Below are positions 27,479-42,141 of a stretch of DNA of 64,000 nucleotides, piece after piece; within the stretch, counting starts at the first letter, position 1, and each line of letters begins with the position of its first letter. Where the stretch lies: positions 34,472,001 to 34,536,000 of the forward strand of contig OZ024759.1 of NCBI GenBank assembly GCA_964016885.1. The letters run 5' to 3'. The stretch comes from Eledone cirrhosa (taxonomy: Eukaryota). The notes beneath the pieces were generated by a model. That model saw only the letters and a list, made by a program, of their open reading frames with translations, made no database searches and was not told the origin of the DNA. The position numbers and the translations under genes were made by a program.

Positions 27479-27718
27479 CGCATCAACAAGTCCAGCAGAA
27501 ACAGATTGGTTAAAAGCTATGATTTAGTGTTAGTTATTCTGCTGTGATTGGCCATAACATCAATTACTGGTCAATTACTGGTCAGTGAAGACAGCAGAGA
27601 CTGGCCAATATGGCGGACAATCGTATCAGTTGGTTCCGTGTGAGATATCACTGATCACAGTCCATAGCACTGGACATACACTATACTTAGGATTCGCCTG
27701 TTATTGCAGTTAGCAGTG

Positions 27719-27783
<65 letters not shown>

Positions 27784-27810
27784 ATATATATATATATATA
27801 TACATGTATG

Positions 27811-27873
<63 letters not shown>

Positions 27874-27936
27874 GTATATATGTATATATGTATATATATA
27901 TATGTATATATATATATGTATGTATATATATATATG

Positions 27937-27990
<54 letters not shown>

Positions 27991-28067
27991 CGAAACATAA
28001 GTCAATTGCATGAACTCATAATCCTTTATTTACTGCTATATATATTTCGATGATATATATACATGTA

Positions 28068-28149
<82 letters not shown>

Positions 28150-28223
28150 CGCATGTTTGTGTGCATATACACACAGACACTCAAATTGAATCATACACAT
28201 ACCCCTCATACACACATATATAT

Positions 28224-28255
<32 letters not shown>

Positions 28256-28262
28256 GTATATA

Positions 28263-28326
<64 letters not shown>

Positions 28327-28380
28327 AAAGGGGTGTATGTGTATGATTCAGTGTCTGTGTGTATGCACTTACACACGTAA

Positions 28381-28421
<41 letters not shown>

Positions 28422-28423
28422 TG

Positions 28424-28499
<76 letters not shown>

Positions 28500-28877
28500 A
28501 GATGTATATATTGAGAGAGATAGATATGTATGTATAGAGAGAGAGATGTGTGTGTATTTATGTCTGTACGTATACACATATGTATGTGTATATTAGTGTC
28601 AGCGTATATATCCACACACACACACAAACACACACACAAACACAGACACACACACAAACACACACACACGTCTTATATATATATATATATAAGATGTAGT
28701 AGCTTGCTTGAAGCATTCTATACAATATATAACGTTGAAAGTGCTAGGAGATCAAACAATGGAAAATGAACTGTGAGATATTCACACGCGACCACGCCAT
28801 TTTCTTTTCTTTCCTTCACCGTTTCTGCTGATTTTACTTCACTATCTCATAATTTTGAGAAACAACTAATCCTTATA

Positions 28878-29275
28878 TGACTATTATCTGTGGATGGCCA
28901 GACCCGGTAGAGCGTCGGACACCAAGCTTTGCGCGGCATAGAGTTACGACCTTTTATGTTCTGTGTTCAAATACCAGCGAGGTTAGCTTTGCCTTTCATC
29001 CTTACGGCGTCAATAAAATAAAGTACCAGTCATACACTGGGATAATTGTTGGCCTTGTGCCAAAAGTGGAAACAATTATATGACTATTATCTGTGGATAG
29101 CCAGAACCGGTAGAGCGTCAGACATTCTTTCTTTGCTGCATAGTCACGACCTTTTATGTTCTAAGTTCAAATACCCGCGAGGTAAGCTTTGCCTTTCATC
29201 CTTACGGGGTTGATAAAATAAAGTACCAGTCATATACTGAGGTTGATTTGATCGACTCCCTCCTCCCCTTCAATT
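28878..29275 (+). mobile_element. Two tandem SINE S1 copies sharing the same 5' flank
   Basis: tgactattatctgtggat precedes both (28879, 29081). Confidence 0.85.
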
Positions 29276-30147
29276 ATTATTGATAATATTATTGATATAT
29301 ATATAGAAGTGTTATCTAGATTTTAAAGTACTGATGCGTTCAATATGATCTTTCACATCTTTCTTCAGTGCTAGCCAGGTCTGGTCTGGTTCTGTTGCAC
29401 GAGACACACAGACACACAGACAGACAGACAGACAAACAGAGAGACAGCCTGTCAGTTAGTCATTCAGACAGACTTCAAACTGCCTATCAGTAGAAATACT
29501 AGGTATATTGATGATTGATAGAGCACTCTACTTGTTACGCTTGCTCAGCTTACATTACAGATCTAACAAGATATCCATTTATAAAACATTCAAGTCCAAA
29601 CACAGATTCGTTCCTTTCTTCCATACAACTCTGCCTCTTGAGGATGGATGTCAAACTGTTAGTTCCATTCATGTCATATCTGCCTCTAGTTGTCTCTTTT
29701 GTGGGTTTGTGTTTCTGCTGTTGATTTTTTTGCAAGAGACACACACACACTCACAAATACATACACCCAAACACACACACACACACACATACACACACAC
29801 ACACACTTACACACACACACACTTACACACACCCAAACACACACACTTACACACACCCAAACACACCCAAACACACCCAAACACACACTTACACACACCC
29901 AAACATACTCACACACATACACTCACACACACACTCACATATACACACACCCAAACACACTCACACACACACACTCACACTCACATATACACACACCCAA
30001 ACACACTCACACACACACTCACACATGACACGTACTCACAGACTTCTACACTCTGACATACTTATACACACACACACACATACTTTTACCTCCTCTTAAG
30101 CGTGAAACTAATACGACTTTGTATTTTGGCATCTCTGTGTTGACATT

Positions 30148-30204
<57 letters not shown>

Positions 30205-30387
30205 CAAAATGTTAACAAATGAAAAATATTCGCATAATCAAAATATATATTTTATTATATATATTTCAAAGGTACTGTGCTGTTTTTTTTTTTCAGTACG
30301 TCCTCATCAGACAAAATATATGATTTGATATATGACATACCGCTACGGTCTTGATTATTCAATTCCCGTATTGGCAGTTATATATAG

Positions 30388-30733
30388 TATACACAGACAC
30401 GGGTTGTGCACTAGATACAATAGATATGTATATATACACATACACGGGTTGTGCACAAGATACAATAGATATGTATATATATATATACACAGACACGGGT
30501 TGTGCACTAGATACAATAGATATGTATATATACACAGACACGGGTTGTGCACTAGATACAATAGATATGTATATATATATACACAGACACGGGTTGTGCA
30601 CTAGATACAATAGATATGTATATATACACAGACACGGGTTGTGCACTAGATACAATAGATATGTATATATATATACACAGACACGGGTTGTGCACTAGAT
30701 ACAATAGATATGTATGTATATACACAGACACGC
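30388..30733. repeat. ~44-50-bp minisatellite with variable internal (TA)n, about 7 copies
   Basis: cacagacacgggttgtgcactagatacaatagatatg(ta)n. Confidence 0.95.
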
Positions 30734-30946
30734 ACGCGTATTGTACACACTACATAACATATAGTTATAACTATAACTGACGTATATATTGGATATTACA
30801 CCTTGCGGATTATAAACTTATTGAGATTGGAGCCTAACTTCTGTACTTTGGGAGACATTTCTATAGAAGGAAGAAAACCAAGGTAAACGTCTCAGTTGAG
30901 AGCTTTACTCTGTGTGTGTGTGTATATATATGTATATATATGTATA

Positions 30947-30981
<35 letters not shown>

Positions 30982-31489
30982 GTGTGTGTGTATATATATG
31001 TATGTATATATATGTATAGGAAGAGAGAGAGAGAGAGGTTATTGTAAACTCATATCTGAAGTGCCGATGATGGTGATGGTGATGGTGATGATGATGATGA
31101 TCATCATCATCATCAACCTCACTATAACCTCATCACCACCATCACCATCATCACCATCGTCAACCTCATCACCACCATCAACCTCACCATCACCATCGTC
31201 ATCATCAGCATCAACCTCACCATAACCATCACCATCACCACCACCACCATCGTCACCACCATCACCACCAACCTCACCATCACCATCACCACCACCATCA
31301 ACCTCACCATCACCATCAACCCCGATATTCGATAATTCAGTCCATAGTTTATCAAACAGGATCTTATATCTCTATTATTCATCTCGGTATTGAACACTGT
31401 TGCTATTGACAACCCTCAAAATATTTCCTTCTCAATTTGATGTGATTGATCGAGACCTTATTGTGAAGGAACAAGTTCGATTATCTGAG

Positions 31490-31640
31490 TGTGTTAGAGC
31501 GAGGAGCATGTGAGGTCGATCTCAGACCGGGTGATGTGTTGTTTCCTTGAGCAAGACACTTTATTTCACATTGCTCCAGTTTACTGAGTTGTGACGTCAC
31601 TGGTGTCAAGCTGTATCAGTCTTTGCCTTTACCTTGAACA
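31490..31640 (+). mobile_element. tRNA-derived SINE family S2, diverged
   Basis: ccttgagcaagacactttatttcacattgctccagtttac; related to 42398-42565. Confidence 0.6.
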
Positions 31641-31718
31641 ACATATATAATATATGGTGTAGAAAGTTTATATATAGTATGTATATAATGTATATATATA
31701 TATAGAGAGAGAGAGATA

Positions 31719-31848
31719 TAGGAAAAAGTATGACCCCGACGGCAGAGCTCAAGCCGTTTCTACGGCTATTTCTGGACTCTACTACCCTAAGTATTGAGTA
31801 CTCTGGTGCGTTATGGTCCATCTGGTTCCTTACCACAATTCCTTTGTT
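31719..31848 (+). mobile_element. Family A cassette with 5' inversion
   Basis: Antisense hammerhead 3' half (31719-31779) joined through actc to the sense 3' motif/tail. Confidence 0.75.
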
Positions 31849-31937
31849 ATATATATAGAGAGAGAGAGGTAGAACACTGGAAGGTAATATCCGTAGTGGT
31901 AGAGCACTCAGTCCATGGGACGAGTTTGTGTTACCAC

Positions 31938-31979
<42 letters not shown>

Positions 31980-32318
31980 CAAAATTATAAGAAACGAAGT
32001 GAGTTGTGTGGTTACTGTAAACAAAGTTTAAGATGGTAGTATGGACGAAACAAGAGAAGAAATCCTTCATCAGCTGTAAACCGCAGATCATAGAGGTTTC
32101 GGCGCTTAATACAGGAGATCTAAAAGCGATCAGCGGCGCACCCATGGCCTTCATATGTGTGGGTGGGTGTGTATATGTCCTGTCACTTTATATACACTCT
32201 GCAAACTAAAACCGCCTGAAACCTGGAGCCTAACCTAATGAGAAACGGACCCAGTGACAGTATTGAGTGCTTTGAGCAGCGTCACCGCTAGCAACCACCA
32301 GTCACCCACCTAATAACC

Positions 32319-32487
<169 letters not shown>

Positions 32488-32488
32488 T

Positions 32489-32539
<51 letters not shown>

Positions 32540-32549
32540 TATATAATAT

Positions 32550-32583
<34 letters not shown>

Positions 32584-32630
32584 AATGAAAGGTATAGAAA
32601 ACATTGTAGCAAAAAAGCCAACAGTATTCC

Positions 32631-32660
<30 letters not shown>

Positions 32661-32662
<2 letters not shown>

Positions 32663-32748
32663 ACAAAGAGGATGTAGTAAGATATCAGATGGACCATAAC
32701 GCACCAGAGTACTCAATACTTAGGGTAGTAGAGTGGGTAATGTTTCCT
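32661..32748 (-). mobile_element. Family A cassette, short 3' fragment
   Basis: cagatggaccataacgcaccagagtactcaatacttagggtagtagagtgggtaat. Confidence 0.85.
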
Positions 32749-32877
32749 ATATATATATAAGAGAATCAGGTGGGGTTTTTTTAATGAAAAAAAAACGAGA
32801 TATCCTACAGGAGTGAAAGTATAAGGAAAAAAGATGAAATCGAAAATACAACTGGAGTCTTTTTAAGAATAGTTGTT

Positions 32878-32915
32878 TCCTTTACCGGTTTCACAGTTCT
32901 TATGCTTTTCAAAAG
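32878..32915 (-). ncRNA. Hammerhead variant with U3-A8 core
   Basis: ctt-TTGAAAA-gca-taagaac-tgt-GAA-ACCGGT-A-aag; compensatory C3U/G8A; palindromic stem III; short stems. Confidence 0.5.
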
Positions 32916-33199
32916 TCGAATTGAGATGGAGGGTTTGTGGTTTTTCATATATATATATATTGTATATATAAATATATATAATTGGTATACTTTGGTAGTG
33001 TCATGTCACTTAAAAGAGCGCACGCACCAGTTATTAGCCACTTCAGTTTTATTATTAGTCAGGTAAGAGATTATCCATTCCTCCATTAGTGATGTAACCT
33101 GGTTGTTATTTGTCACATTCAATTATCAAATCTCTTTCATCATGATTTCTGAACTTATTTCTCTTTCTCCTTTTCATTATATTCACTCAATCAAATGCT

Positions 33200-33263
<64 letters not shown>

Positions 33264-33380
33264 CTCTCTCTCTCATATTACCCCTCTCTGTACCCCTCAT
33301 TCTCTCCATTTCTTTGTTTGTGTATTATTTTCTTCGTTCTCAATTCTTCTGTCTCTTTCTTTCCTTCTTTGTCTTTCTCG

Positions 33381-33430
<50 letters not shown>

Positions 33431-34044
33431 TTCTCTATCCGCACCGTCTCAGAAATGTGTCATCCTAACACACACATGCATAAAACGGAAGCGCACCCGC
33501 CCACCCACAACACCCACACATGTACATCCCCGCCACCACTACACCCACCCCAACACACACGCTGTCAATGCTCCTACTGATGATTATCAAGGCCTATGCT
33601 TCAATGAACAGCTTTATCAATGGACCGTATCAATATGTTTGCTCTCAACATTCTCCTCTGAAAATCTGTATCGATTTCTGTCGTAAACATCATTAAAGAC
33701 ACATCTGTGAATATAAATGTGTTTATAAATGTGTAGATATGGAAATAAATGTGTTTTTAGTTGTGTAACTCTTTTACTTCGTCTTCTATTTTTGGCGATT
33801 CTGGGTCGTTTATCTTCAGCTGTAACAAAGGAGGGAAAATGGTGGAACATTGATTTTGTTTTTTCCCTAGTTTTTCACCTTTCCTCCAGACTGCTTGTTA
33901 TAAATTGGGTCATGTTGATATATTTTTACTGAACCTACTCTATCTATCTATCTAGATATCTAGATATCTCTATCTAATACATATATATACATATCTATAC
34001 ATTACTCTGTGTATATATATGTATATATATATATATATATATAT

Positions 34045-34119
34045 AAGATAATTTATTCCTAGTTGAATCGGAGGTAACCTAAGTAAGTAAAGTACTCAAT
34101 ACATTGCGGAGTATAAAAG

Positions 34120-34125
<6 letters not shown>
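34045..34125 (-). mobile_element. Cassette 3' fragment, family B
   Basis: Homologous to 39758-39882, which carries a truncated hammerhead related to 4136-4186. Confidence 0.65.
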
Positions 34126-34151
<26 letters not shown>

Positions 34152-34172
34152 CGTTTACAGATTGACTTTGTT

Positions 34173-34223
34173 AGTTTCAGAAGATCCCGTTAAGGGTGAA
34201 AGCAGTGATTCTTTGCTTAAACT
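34173..34223 (+). ncRNA. Hammerhead-like fold with one core substitution
   Basis: agttt-CAGAAGA-t-ccc-gttaa-ggg-t-GAA-AGCA-gtgattctt-TGCT-T-aaact; U4 replaced by A. Confidence 0.55.
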
Positions 34224-34273
34224 TTAATCTATTTTAACACTCTACAGTTTGTAGGACTGGAGTATAAATAATA

Positions 34274-34388
34274 ATATATAAGATCAAAAGATGGTTAAAA
34301 GAGTTCCATGTATTTTATTATGCGCATTTCAAATGTTTTTGAAATGCGCATAATAAAATACATGGAACTCTTTTAACCATCTTTTGAT

Positions 34389-34397
<9 letters not shown>
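34274..34397. repeat. Perfect inverted repeat (60-bp arms, 4-nt loop); apex next to GAAATGCGCATA
   Basis: 34274-34333 / 34338-34397. Confidence 0.95.
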
Positions 34398-34435
<38 letters not shown>

Positions 34436-34500
34436 GCACACACAGGAATATGTCTGTCTAATACACACATATATATACACATGTCTAATATAAATGTGTG

Positions 34501-34548
<48 letters not shown>

Positions 34549-34723
34549 ATCTTAAATTCTAAACTATTCTATTGTGCTTTGCAATTGTTTTACAATAGTT
34601 TCAGGTGTGCTGAACATCGTCACACAATTATTTAAATGAAGAGTTTTATAAGTGTAGAACGACTATCCACATTTTTGGATAGATGCTCTATCGTCGTTCC
34701 TTCTTCTTCACACACTTATTCCT

Positions 34724-36125
34724 TCAAACACTCCTCTCAGAAGCAACCGTCTCCAACTGATCTATCTGGATCCCCAACCGAGACCAGCCAAGCTCTTGGC
34801 TGTTATCCAACCATCTTGCTCGAGGCCTACCCCTGGGTTTCTTGACGGTTCGTTTTACCTGTACAATCTGTCCAGCGGTTCTTTCCTGAGACATTCTAAC
34901 TACATGTCCATGATATCGGAGGTGTGATGTCTCAATCCGGAGAAGTAGCAGCTCTACCTGGAGTGACTCTTGTGGTTCTTTCCTGAGACATTCTAACCAT
35001 ATGTCTACAGTACAGCAGCTGTGATGTCTCAATCCGGAGAAGTAGCAGCTCTACCTGGAGTGACTCTTGTGGTTCTTTCCTGAGACATTCTAACCATATG
35101 TCTACAGTACAGCAGCTGTGATGTCTCAATCCGGAGAAGTAGCAGCTCTACCTGGTGTGACTCTTGTGGTTCTTTCCTGAGACATTCTAACCATATGTCT
35201 ACAGTACAGCAGCTGTGATGTCTCAATCCGGAGAAGTAGCAGCTCTACCTGGAGTGACTCTTGTGGTTCTTTCCTGAGACATTCTAACCATATGTCTACA
35301 GTACAGCAGCTGTGATGTCTCAATCCGGAGAGGTAGCAGCTCTACCTGGTGTGACTCTTGTGGTTCTTTCCTGAGACATTCTAACCATATGTCTACAGTA
35401 CAGCAGCTGTGATGTCTCAATCCGGAGAAGTAGCAGCTCTACCTGGAGTGACTCTTGTGGTTCTTTCCTGAGACATTCTAACCATATGTCTACAGTACAG
35501 CAGCTGTGATTTCTCAATCCGGAGAAGTAGCAGCTCTACCTGGTGTGACTCTTGTGGTTCTTTCCTGAGACATTCTAACCATATGTCTACAGTACAGCAG
35601 CTGTGATGTCTCAATCCGGAGAGGTAGCAGCTCTACCTGGTGTGACTCTTGTGGTTCTTTCCTGAGACATTCTAACCATATGTCTACAGTACAGCAGCTG
35701 TGATGTCTCAATCCGGAGAAGTAGCAGCTCTACCTGGCTTGACTATTGGGGTTTCTTTTCTGAGACTTTCTAACCACATGTCTATAGTACAGGAACTTTG
35801 ATCTCTCAATCCGGAGAGGTAGCAAATCTCTCTGGAGTGTCTCTTGTGATTCTTTCCTGAGACATTCTAACTACATGACGGAGCTATGATCTCTCAATTC
35901 GGAGAAGTAGCAGCTCTACCTGGATTGACTCTCTGATCTCTGAGCTATACACTCTAGCGAGTAACGTTACTACAAAGACCGTTCGGAGGAACCCCATTTC
36001 AGCCGTTTCTATTTGCGATCGTATTCTTTCGGCCATTACCCAAGATTCATAACCATAGGTAAGGGTTGGCACGGATACCAAATTGAGGATAGCGAGTTTG
36101 TCTTTTACACCTACCTCCCTTCTGA
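34724..36125 (-). mobile_element. RTE-clade (Rex3/Expander-like) LINE fragment, RT C-terminal region
   Basis: KLAILNLVSVPTLTYGYESWVMAERIRSQIETAEMGFLR...SSEIRESIQVELLLLRIERS and LRYHGHVVRMSQER...PRGRPRARWLD...LGWSRLGI. Confidence 0.9.
34878..35930. repeat. 97-bp tandem array (about 10 copies) inside the RTE fragment
   Basis: ctcaatccggaga(a/g)gtagcagctctacctgg at 34931 and every 97 bp to 35804. Confidence 0.97.
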
Positions 36126-37769
36126 TTACTAAAGTTGTCGTATTGCTGCGTGGATTCGAAACACATATTCTCCTTGCGCTTTTAAACAATAGGTGTTATT
36201 TCTTTCACTTTAAACCTTCATCATCCAGTTATTTTAAGCTCTCCACCAGTTATTTTAAATCTACATTAACGTCACAATGATTATAGACACAAAACATTTA
36301 ACAGACCAACTAACAAATATACCGGCAATTCTGAGTGGGAATTATTTATTTACAAATTTTATATGTTTTTAATAACAAACCAAATTAAAAATCCTATTAA
36401 AACTCTGAAAGAAATTTCAATTTCCACATTATTTGTTTATTTATTTGTCCATAACCATTATTATTATTACTATTATTATTATTACTGTTATTATTATTAC
36501 TATTATTATTATTACTATAATTATTGTTATTATTATTACCATTATTATTACTATTATTATTGCTATTATTATTGTTATTATTTATTAAATGTATTGCTTT
36601 CGGCTCAAGGAAATGTCTACGTAATTATTTCTACTTAATTATCCGAAACTACATTGTAACTTGTTGGTAGTTGTTGTTGTTGGTGGTGGTGGTGGTGGTG
36701 TTGGTCGTCGTCGTGGTGGTGGAGTCGGCGGCACTGGTGACGGTTGCGGGTGTTGTTGTTGGTGGTGGTGGTGGGAGGTAGTGATTGGTGTTGTTGTTGG
36801 TAGTTGTGGGGGGTAGTGATTGGTGTTGTTGTTGGTAGTTGTGGTGACGTTGTTGTTGGTGGTGGATGGTTGTTGTGGTGAAGACGGCAACACTGGCGAC
36901 GGTGGTGACGGTTGGGGGTGCCGTTGTGGTTGTGTGGTAGTTGTGGTGGAGGCGGCGGTGGTGACAGTGGTGGTGACATTTGGAGGTGTTTGTGGTGGTG
37001 GTAACGGTTTTTGTTGGTGGCAGTGGTGGTGGTGACGGTTGTTGTTGGTGTTCTTGTTTGTTGTGGTGGATTTTGTGACGGTTGCAGTTGTTAGCGATAG
37101 TTGGGGCCACAGAAATGGTGTTGGGGTGGTTGTGATGACAGTTGAGGTGATTATTGTTTGTGGTGGTGGATAGTTGCTGTTGTTGGTTGTGGTAATGGTA
37201 GTGGTGGTTGCGGTTACAGTGGCCAAGGTGATGGTGGTGGTAGTTTAGCCGGCGGGATTTGTTGTGGGTAGGAAATTAAAGTAATATGACAGATGAATTA
37301 ATTATCATTTCACCGCTCTGGTTCCATTCTTACGCGTGATGGACAAAGTCAGGAAAACACATTGGGTTTCCTGGGACGAATATCAACACTTCGCACTAGA
37401 TAGATCTCCAAGACAGGGCGGTAATCTATCGTAGGAGTAAACCCTAGCTCTAGCTGGGACACATTTTCAGAGTAATAAATTTATGGGTATTGGTGGTGAC
37501 TTTGGGGGTCGGTATTGTTTTCTTTTATTTTGTTTCAACAAATTAACCCAGATACAGCAGATCTATGATAAAGTATATTTCAGGCTGAGCTCCTACTTAG
37601 TGTTTGTAGACAAAGAACAGCCACGTAATAGATAAATATTTGAAATAATAATAATTTCTAAATCTGACGAGGAACAGCTGGTAAGAGCGACATCAATAGT
37701 TGACTTATATTTTATTTTATTTTATTGAAGTCGGAACGATGAGAGGCTCAGTTAACCTTCAACTCAAAA

Positions 37770-38220
37770 TAGTTTCTAATTTCGTCACAAGATCACCAAT
37801 ATTGTTTTTAAGAGGAGGGGTAGAGAATCAATTAAATCGACTCCAGTGCATTACTGGTGCTTTTATCGACCCTTTAAGAATGAAAGTCAAATCTAACCTC
37901 GGTTGGATTCGAAATGAGAATCTAAAGGTATGTAAAGCTATGACACAAAGCATGCAGTCCGACGCTCTACCAATTACAACCAATTCACCACGATATAATA
38001 ATTTTTGATTTAGACACAAAGACAACAATTTTGGGTGGCCGAGAGAAGTCAATTAAACTGAACCTCAGTATATCACTGGTACTTTATTTATCGACCTCGT
38101 AAGGGATAAAAGGCAAAGGCAAAGCTAACCTCTAACCTCGGCAGGATTTGAGCTGAGAACGTAAAGAAACGTAACTCTAAACCAGAGAGCATGATGTCGG
38201 ACGCTCTACCACTTACTGCT
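37770..38220 (-). mobile_element. Two tandem SINE S1 copies
   Basis: ctggtactttatttatcgacc...aaaggcaaag..aacctcggc. Confidence 0.8.
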
Positions 38221-38510
38221 AGACGTCAGATATAATGGTTCACACAGAAATCAAAGCGTTGTCGCAGTCCTGGGTCATATGGCGGTCTATTCAAGCTCCA
38301 TTTCTAAATTGCTCGTATCAACTATATTCAATTATAGGTTTCCATTATGCGTATATTTGTCACATTCTCTCGACATTCCATATAATTTAGTCGTTTATTA
38401 AATAAAGCGAATATAATTTAATTGGTCGAATAAAAATCCCGTTTAGCTAAATATTTCAAATTATTTCCATCACAATTTTAATCTACGCCTCCATCTCTCA
38501 CGGGATATAT

Positions 38511-38579
<69 letters not shown>

Positions 38580-39110
38580 TGTATATGTGTCTATATATAG
38601 ATATATATATATATATATATAAATATATGCATATATTTAAATGTTTATAAAAATATATATATATATATATGCATGTATGTATGTATGTATGTATGTATGT
38701 ATGTATATATGTAAAAGGTAAACAGAAATAACCGGTACAGTATATGGAAGATATATATATATATAATTATATGCACATTCACTCTATCACTTATTTATAC
38801 AGAAATATATATATATACATATTGTGTGTATATATGTATAGTCAATGGACATTCTGCACTCAGTAATTAAATCAAATATTTCACTCAGAAAATTGCAATT
38901 TGTGCACCCTGCGTTCTTGTGACTACATAGTGCCATGTATATATATATATGTGTGTATATATATATATATATACACACAGGAGGTAGTGCTGAACAGTTC
39001 GTGGCTTTCGGTAAATGAAAATACAGGAGGATCAATTAATTATGATTCTATTCAACTGGATAGAACTAGATTATTAAATTCACGCACTTATTGTAGATGT
39101 CCTACCTCTC

Positions 39111-39333
39111 TTGTAAAGGTAACAGCCCGACATCCCCTGTAAAGGTAACAGCCCGACATCCTCTGTAAAGGTAACAGCCCGACATCCTCTGTAAAGGTAA
39201 CAGCCCGACATCCCCTGTAAAGGTAACAGCCCGACATCCTCTGTAAAGGTAACAGCCCGACATCCTCTGTAAAGGTAACAGCCCGACATCCCCTGTAAAG
39301 GTAACAGCCCGACATCCCGTGTAAAGGTAACAG
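39111..39333. repeat. 26-bp minisatellite (tgtaaaggtaacagcccgacatcc(t/c)c), about 8.5 copies
   Basis: Direct reading. Confidence 0.97.
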
Positions 39334-39384
39334 CTCTACCCTTTCTCGATGCTCTTAAAGACAGAAAATTTTCAGCACACTCTC

Positions 39385-39419
<35 letters not shown>

Positions 39420-39424
<5 letters not shown>

Positions 39425-39731
39425 AAAGTTATATTTAAATTGTTGGGTTAACAACGAGTAAATATTTATAACTGATATAAAAGCACTCAACAAGTATTTG
39501 GAGTATATTTATGATATTAAATAAATGGAAACTATATTTATAAAACCATATTTATTTATTTCCCAAATGCAAGGTGATTGAAAGGTATGTCGTATCTATT
39601 TATTTATAAGACTGTTTATATTGTATTTTGTCTGAAGACGGCATAACATATTGTTAATATGATATCCCTGAAATATATATAACGAAATAAATATGGTTTT
39701 ATAAATATAGTTTCCATTTATTTAATATCAT
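39420..39731. mobile_element. Fold-back cassette with hammerhead at 39624-39689 (+)
   Basis: IR 39511-39557 / 39685-39731; tattttgt-CTGAAGA...GAA-ATA-ta-TAT-A-acgaaata; 3' motif on the minus arm at 39480-39504. Confidence 0.75.
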
Positions 39732-39888
39732 ATATATATATATATTATATATATATAATTTTATCCCGGGCTTAATCGGAGGTGACCACAGTAAGTAAAG
39801 TACTCAATACAAAGCAGAGTATAAATATTTAATATAGAAAAATCTTCTGCGGGACTAGAACTGTTTCAGTTGGGAGAAATCATGTATA

Positions 39889-39919
<31 letters not shown>

Positions 39920-40586
39920 CATATACACGAGGATAACTGGATAAGAATTGGGGAAAATTATTAAAGAAAATCAGAGAATCATTAGTGTGTTACCATAATT
40001 ATAAAATGATGATAATCCAGTGTTTATAAATAAGGCTCTCATAGATCCAGTTAATCTCGTCAATACCTTGGACGAGATAACTTGTCCTAAATTGTTACTA
40101 AATGTTTGTTTAAAAACATAGTCATATTACTGAAAAGAAAACCCAGCACAGCAACGGTTGCTGTGTAAAACATACGCGGCAGTCAACAGGTTAAAATGAT
40201 GGTCTAAATTCAACTAGATGGAAAGGGTTTCGGGTCATAAAGGGGGCTGGAGGAATTTTGGATAATATATTCACGATGTATCTACAGCACACATGATATC
40301 TCTATCTACAATTCGTTATTTCTCTTGATACACCGGTGTGGCGAAAGTATTGACATGTGACTTATCGAACTCAGGTGTTCTTACATCTAGAGTTTAGTTT
40401 AATAGCAAGTTGTGTTGTTTCCTCTCCTGGATGGTGGAACATGAATGGACATTCTTCAGCAGAGATAAAGAATAAGTTAATATAATTCTTTCTCACTCCG
40501 TCTCCTCCCCTCTCCTCAACTCCTCCCCTCTCCTCAACTCCTCCCTCTCTCTCTCTCCCCCCTCCCCCACTCTCTCTCTCTCCCCA

Positions 40587-40642
<56 letters not shown>

Positions 40643-40887
40643 GCTTAATAGAATGAACATTTAATCTCTACTTCCATAATAATTACTCTTTCCTCTCGGC
40701 AGTCAACTACATATGGATATAAATATATATATATAAAATGTGTGTCTATGCATATATATATATGATGTGTATATGTATGTTTATACGTACATATATATAT
40801 AATGTGTGTATATATAAATATATATAAATATATATGTATGTATATATATATATATACATGATGTGGGTATGTATGTTTATACGTATA

Positions 40888-40930
<43 letters not shown>

Positions 40931-41274
40931 TATGTATGTATGTTTATACGTATATATATGTGTATATATATGTATGATGTGTGTATATATGTTTATACGT
41001 ATATATATATATGATTAGGTGCAATATCCTGCAATATTAACATATTCTATTGACACAGGGTTTATTAACCTACGCACCTCTCGCTTGTGAACTCATTATA
41101 CATAACTTATATATATATATATAATAAGATTATATATATATAGAGAGAGAGAGAGAGATATTTATATACATATATATAATCTTATTATATAGATATATTT
41201 TATTTCGGAATATTTTTATATTTCAATATGTAATATAAAGCTTTTATATATTCCATTCCATTCGACACATATTT

Positions 41275-41311
<37 letters not shown>

Positions 41312-41964
41312 CCGCCACCGTCGCAACCGCAACCATCACCACCGCCATCACCGTCATCACTACCATCAACACAACCCTCACCACCATCATCATCATCATC
41401 AATGACGACAACACTGAGCTCCCATTCCCCCATTTTATCAGGATTGTAGTAGCTGGCAGTGCTAATTTTCTAACAAGAATTGTATTAGAATTGGATTGAA
41501 TAGTTTGAAAATACAGCAAAATATATGACCAATTTATCGAGCTATTCCTGACGGCTTTCAAATGACATTGGCTCATGTAATTTAATCAAGTTATTATTTC
41601 ACACAAAACCCCGCTGAAATATCATTGCCGAGGAAGGATTTTCCTCATTGGTTTTTGTTCTTGTATTTGGTTTTTGGTTGTGATTTTTGATATTTTGTCT
41701 TTCGGTTTTAGTTCCATTGGTTGTTTTTCTCCCGTAGAAAATGAAAATGAAAAATGTATTATAGAATATTAGATATATATGTGTATATATGTGTGTAGTG
41801 TAGCATGATAAGTGTAGTGTATAGTGTGTGTGTTGCGTTTTGTTATGTGTAAGTGTGTTGCGTGTGCATTTATATAAGTGTATGTATGTATGTGTATGTA
41901 TGTATGTACGTATATACACAAAACTATTTACCATACACATCATTTATGTATGTATAGATTTATG

Positions 41965-42000
<36 letters not shown>

Positions 42001-42108
42001 TGGGGAGGTATTCTGTAGATTATGTGCATATGTATGTGTGTATATATAAGCATTTGTGTATATATGTATTTTTGTATATAGGAATATGGATATAGACGTA
42101 TGTGTGGT

Positions 42109-42141
<33 letters not shown>

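Noticed and set aside
30388-30733. CRISPR-like regular repeats (also 39111, 53042, 62174)
   Set aside because: No unique spacers (only (TA)n or none), no cas genes, eukaryotic context.
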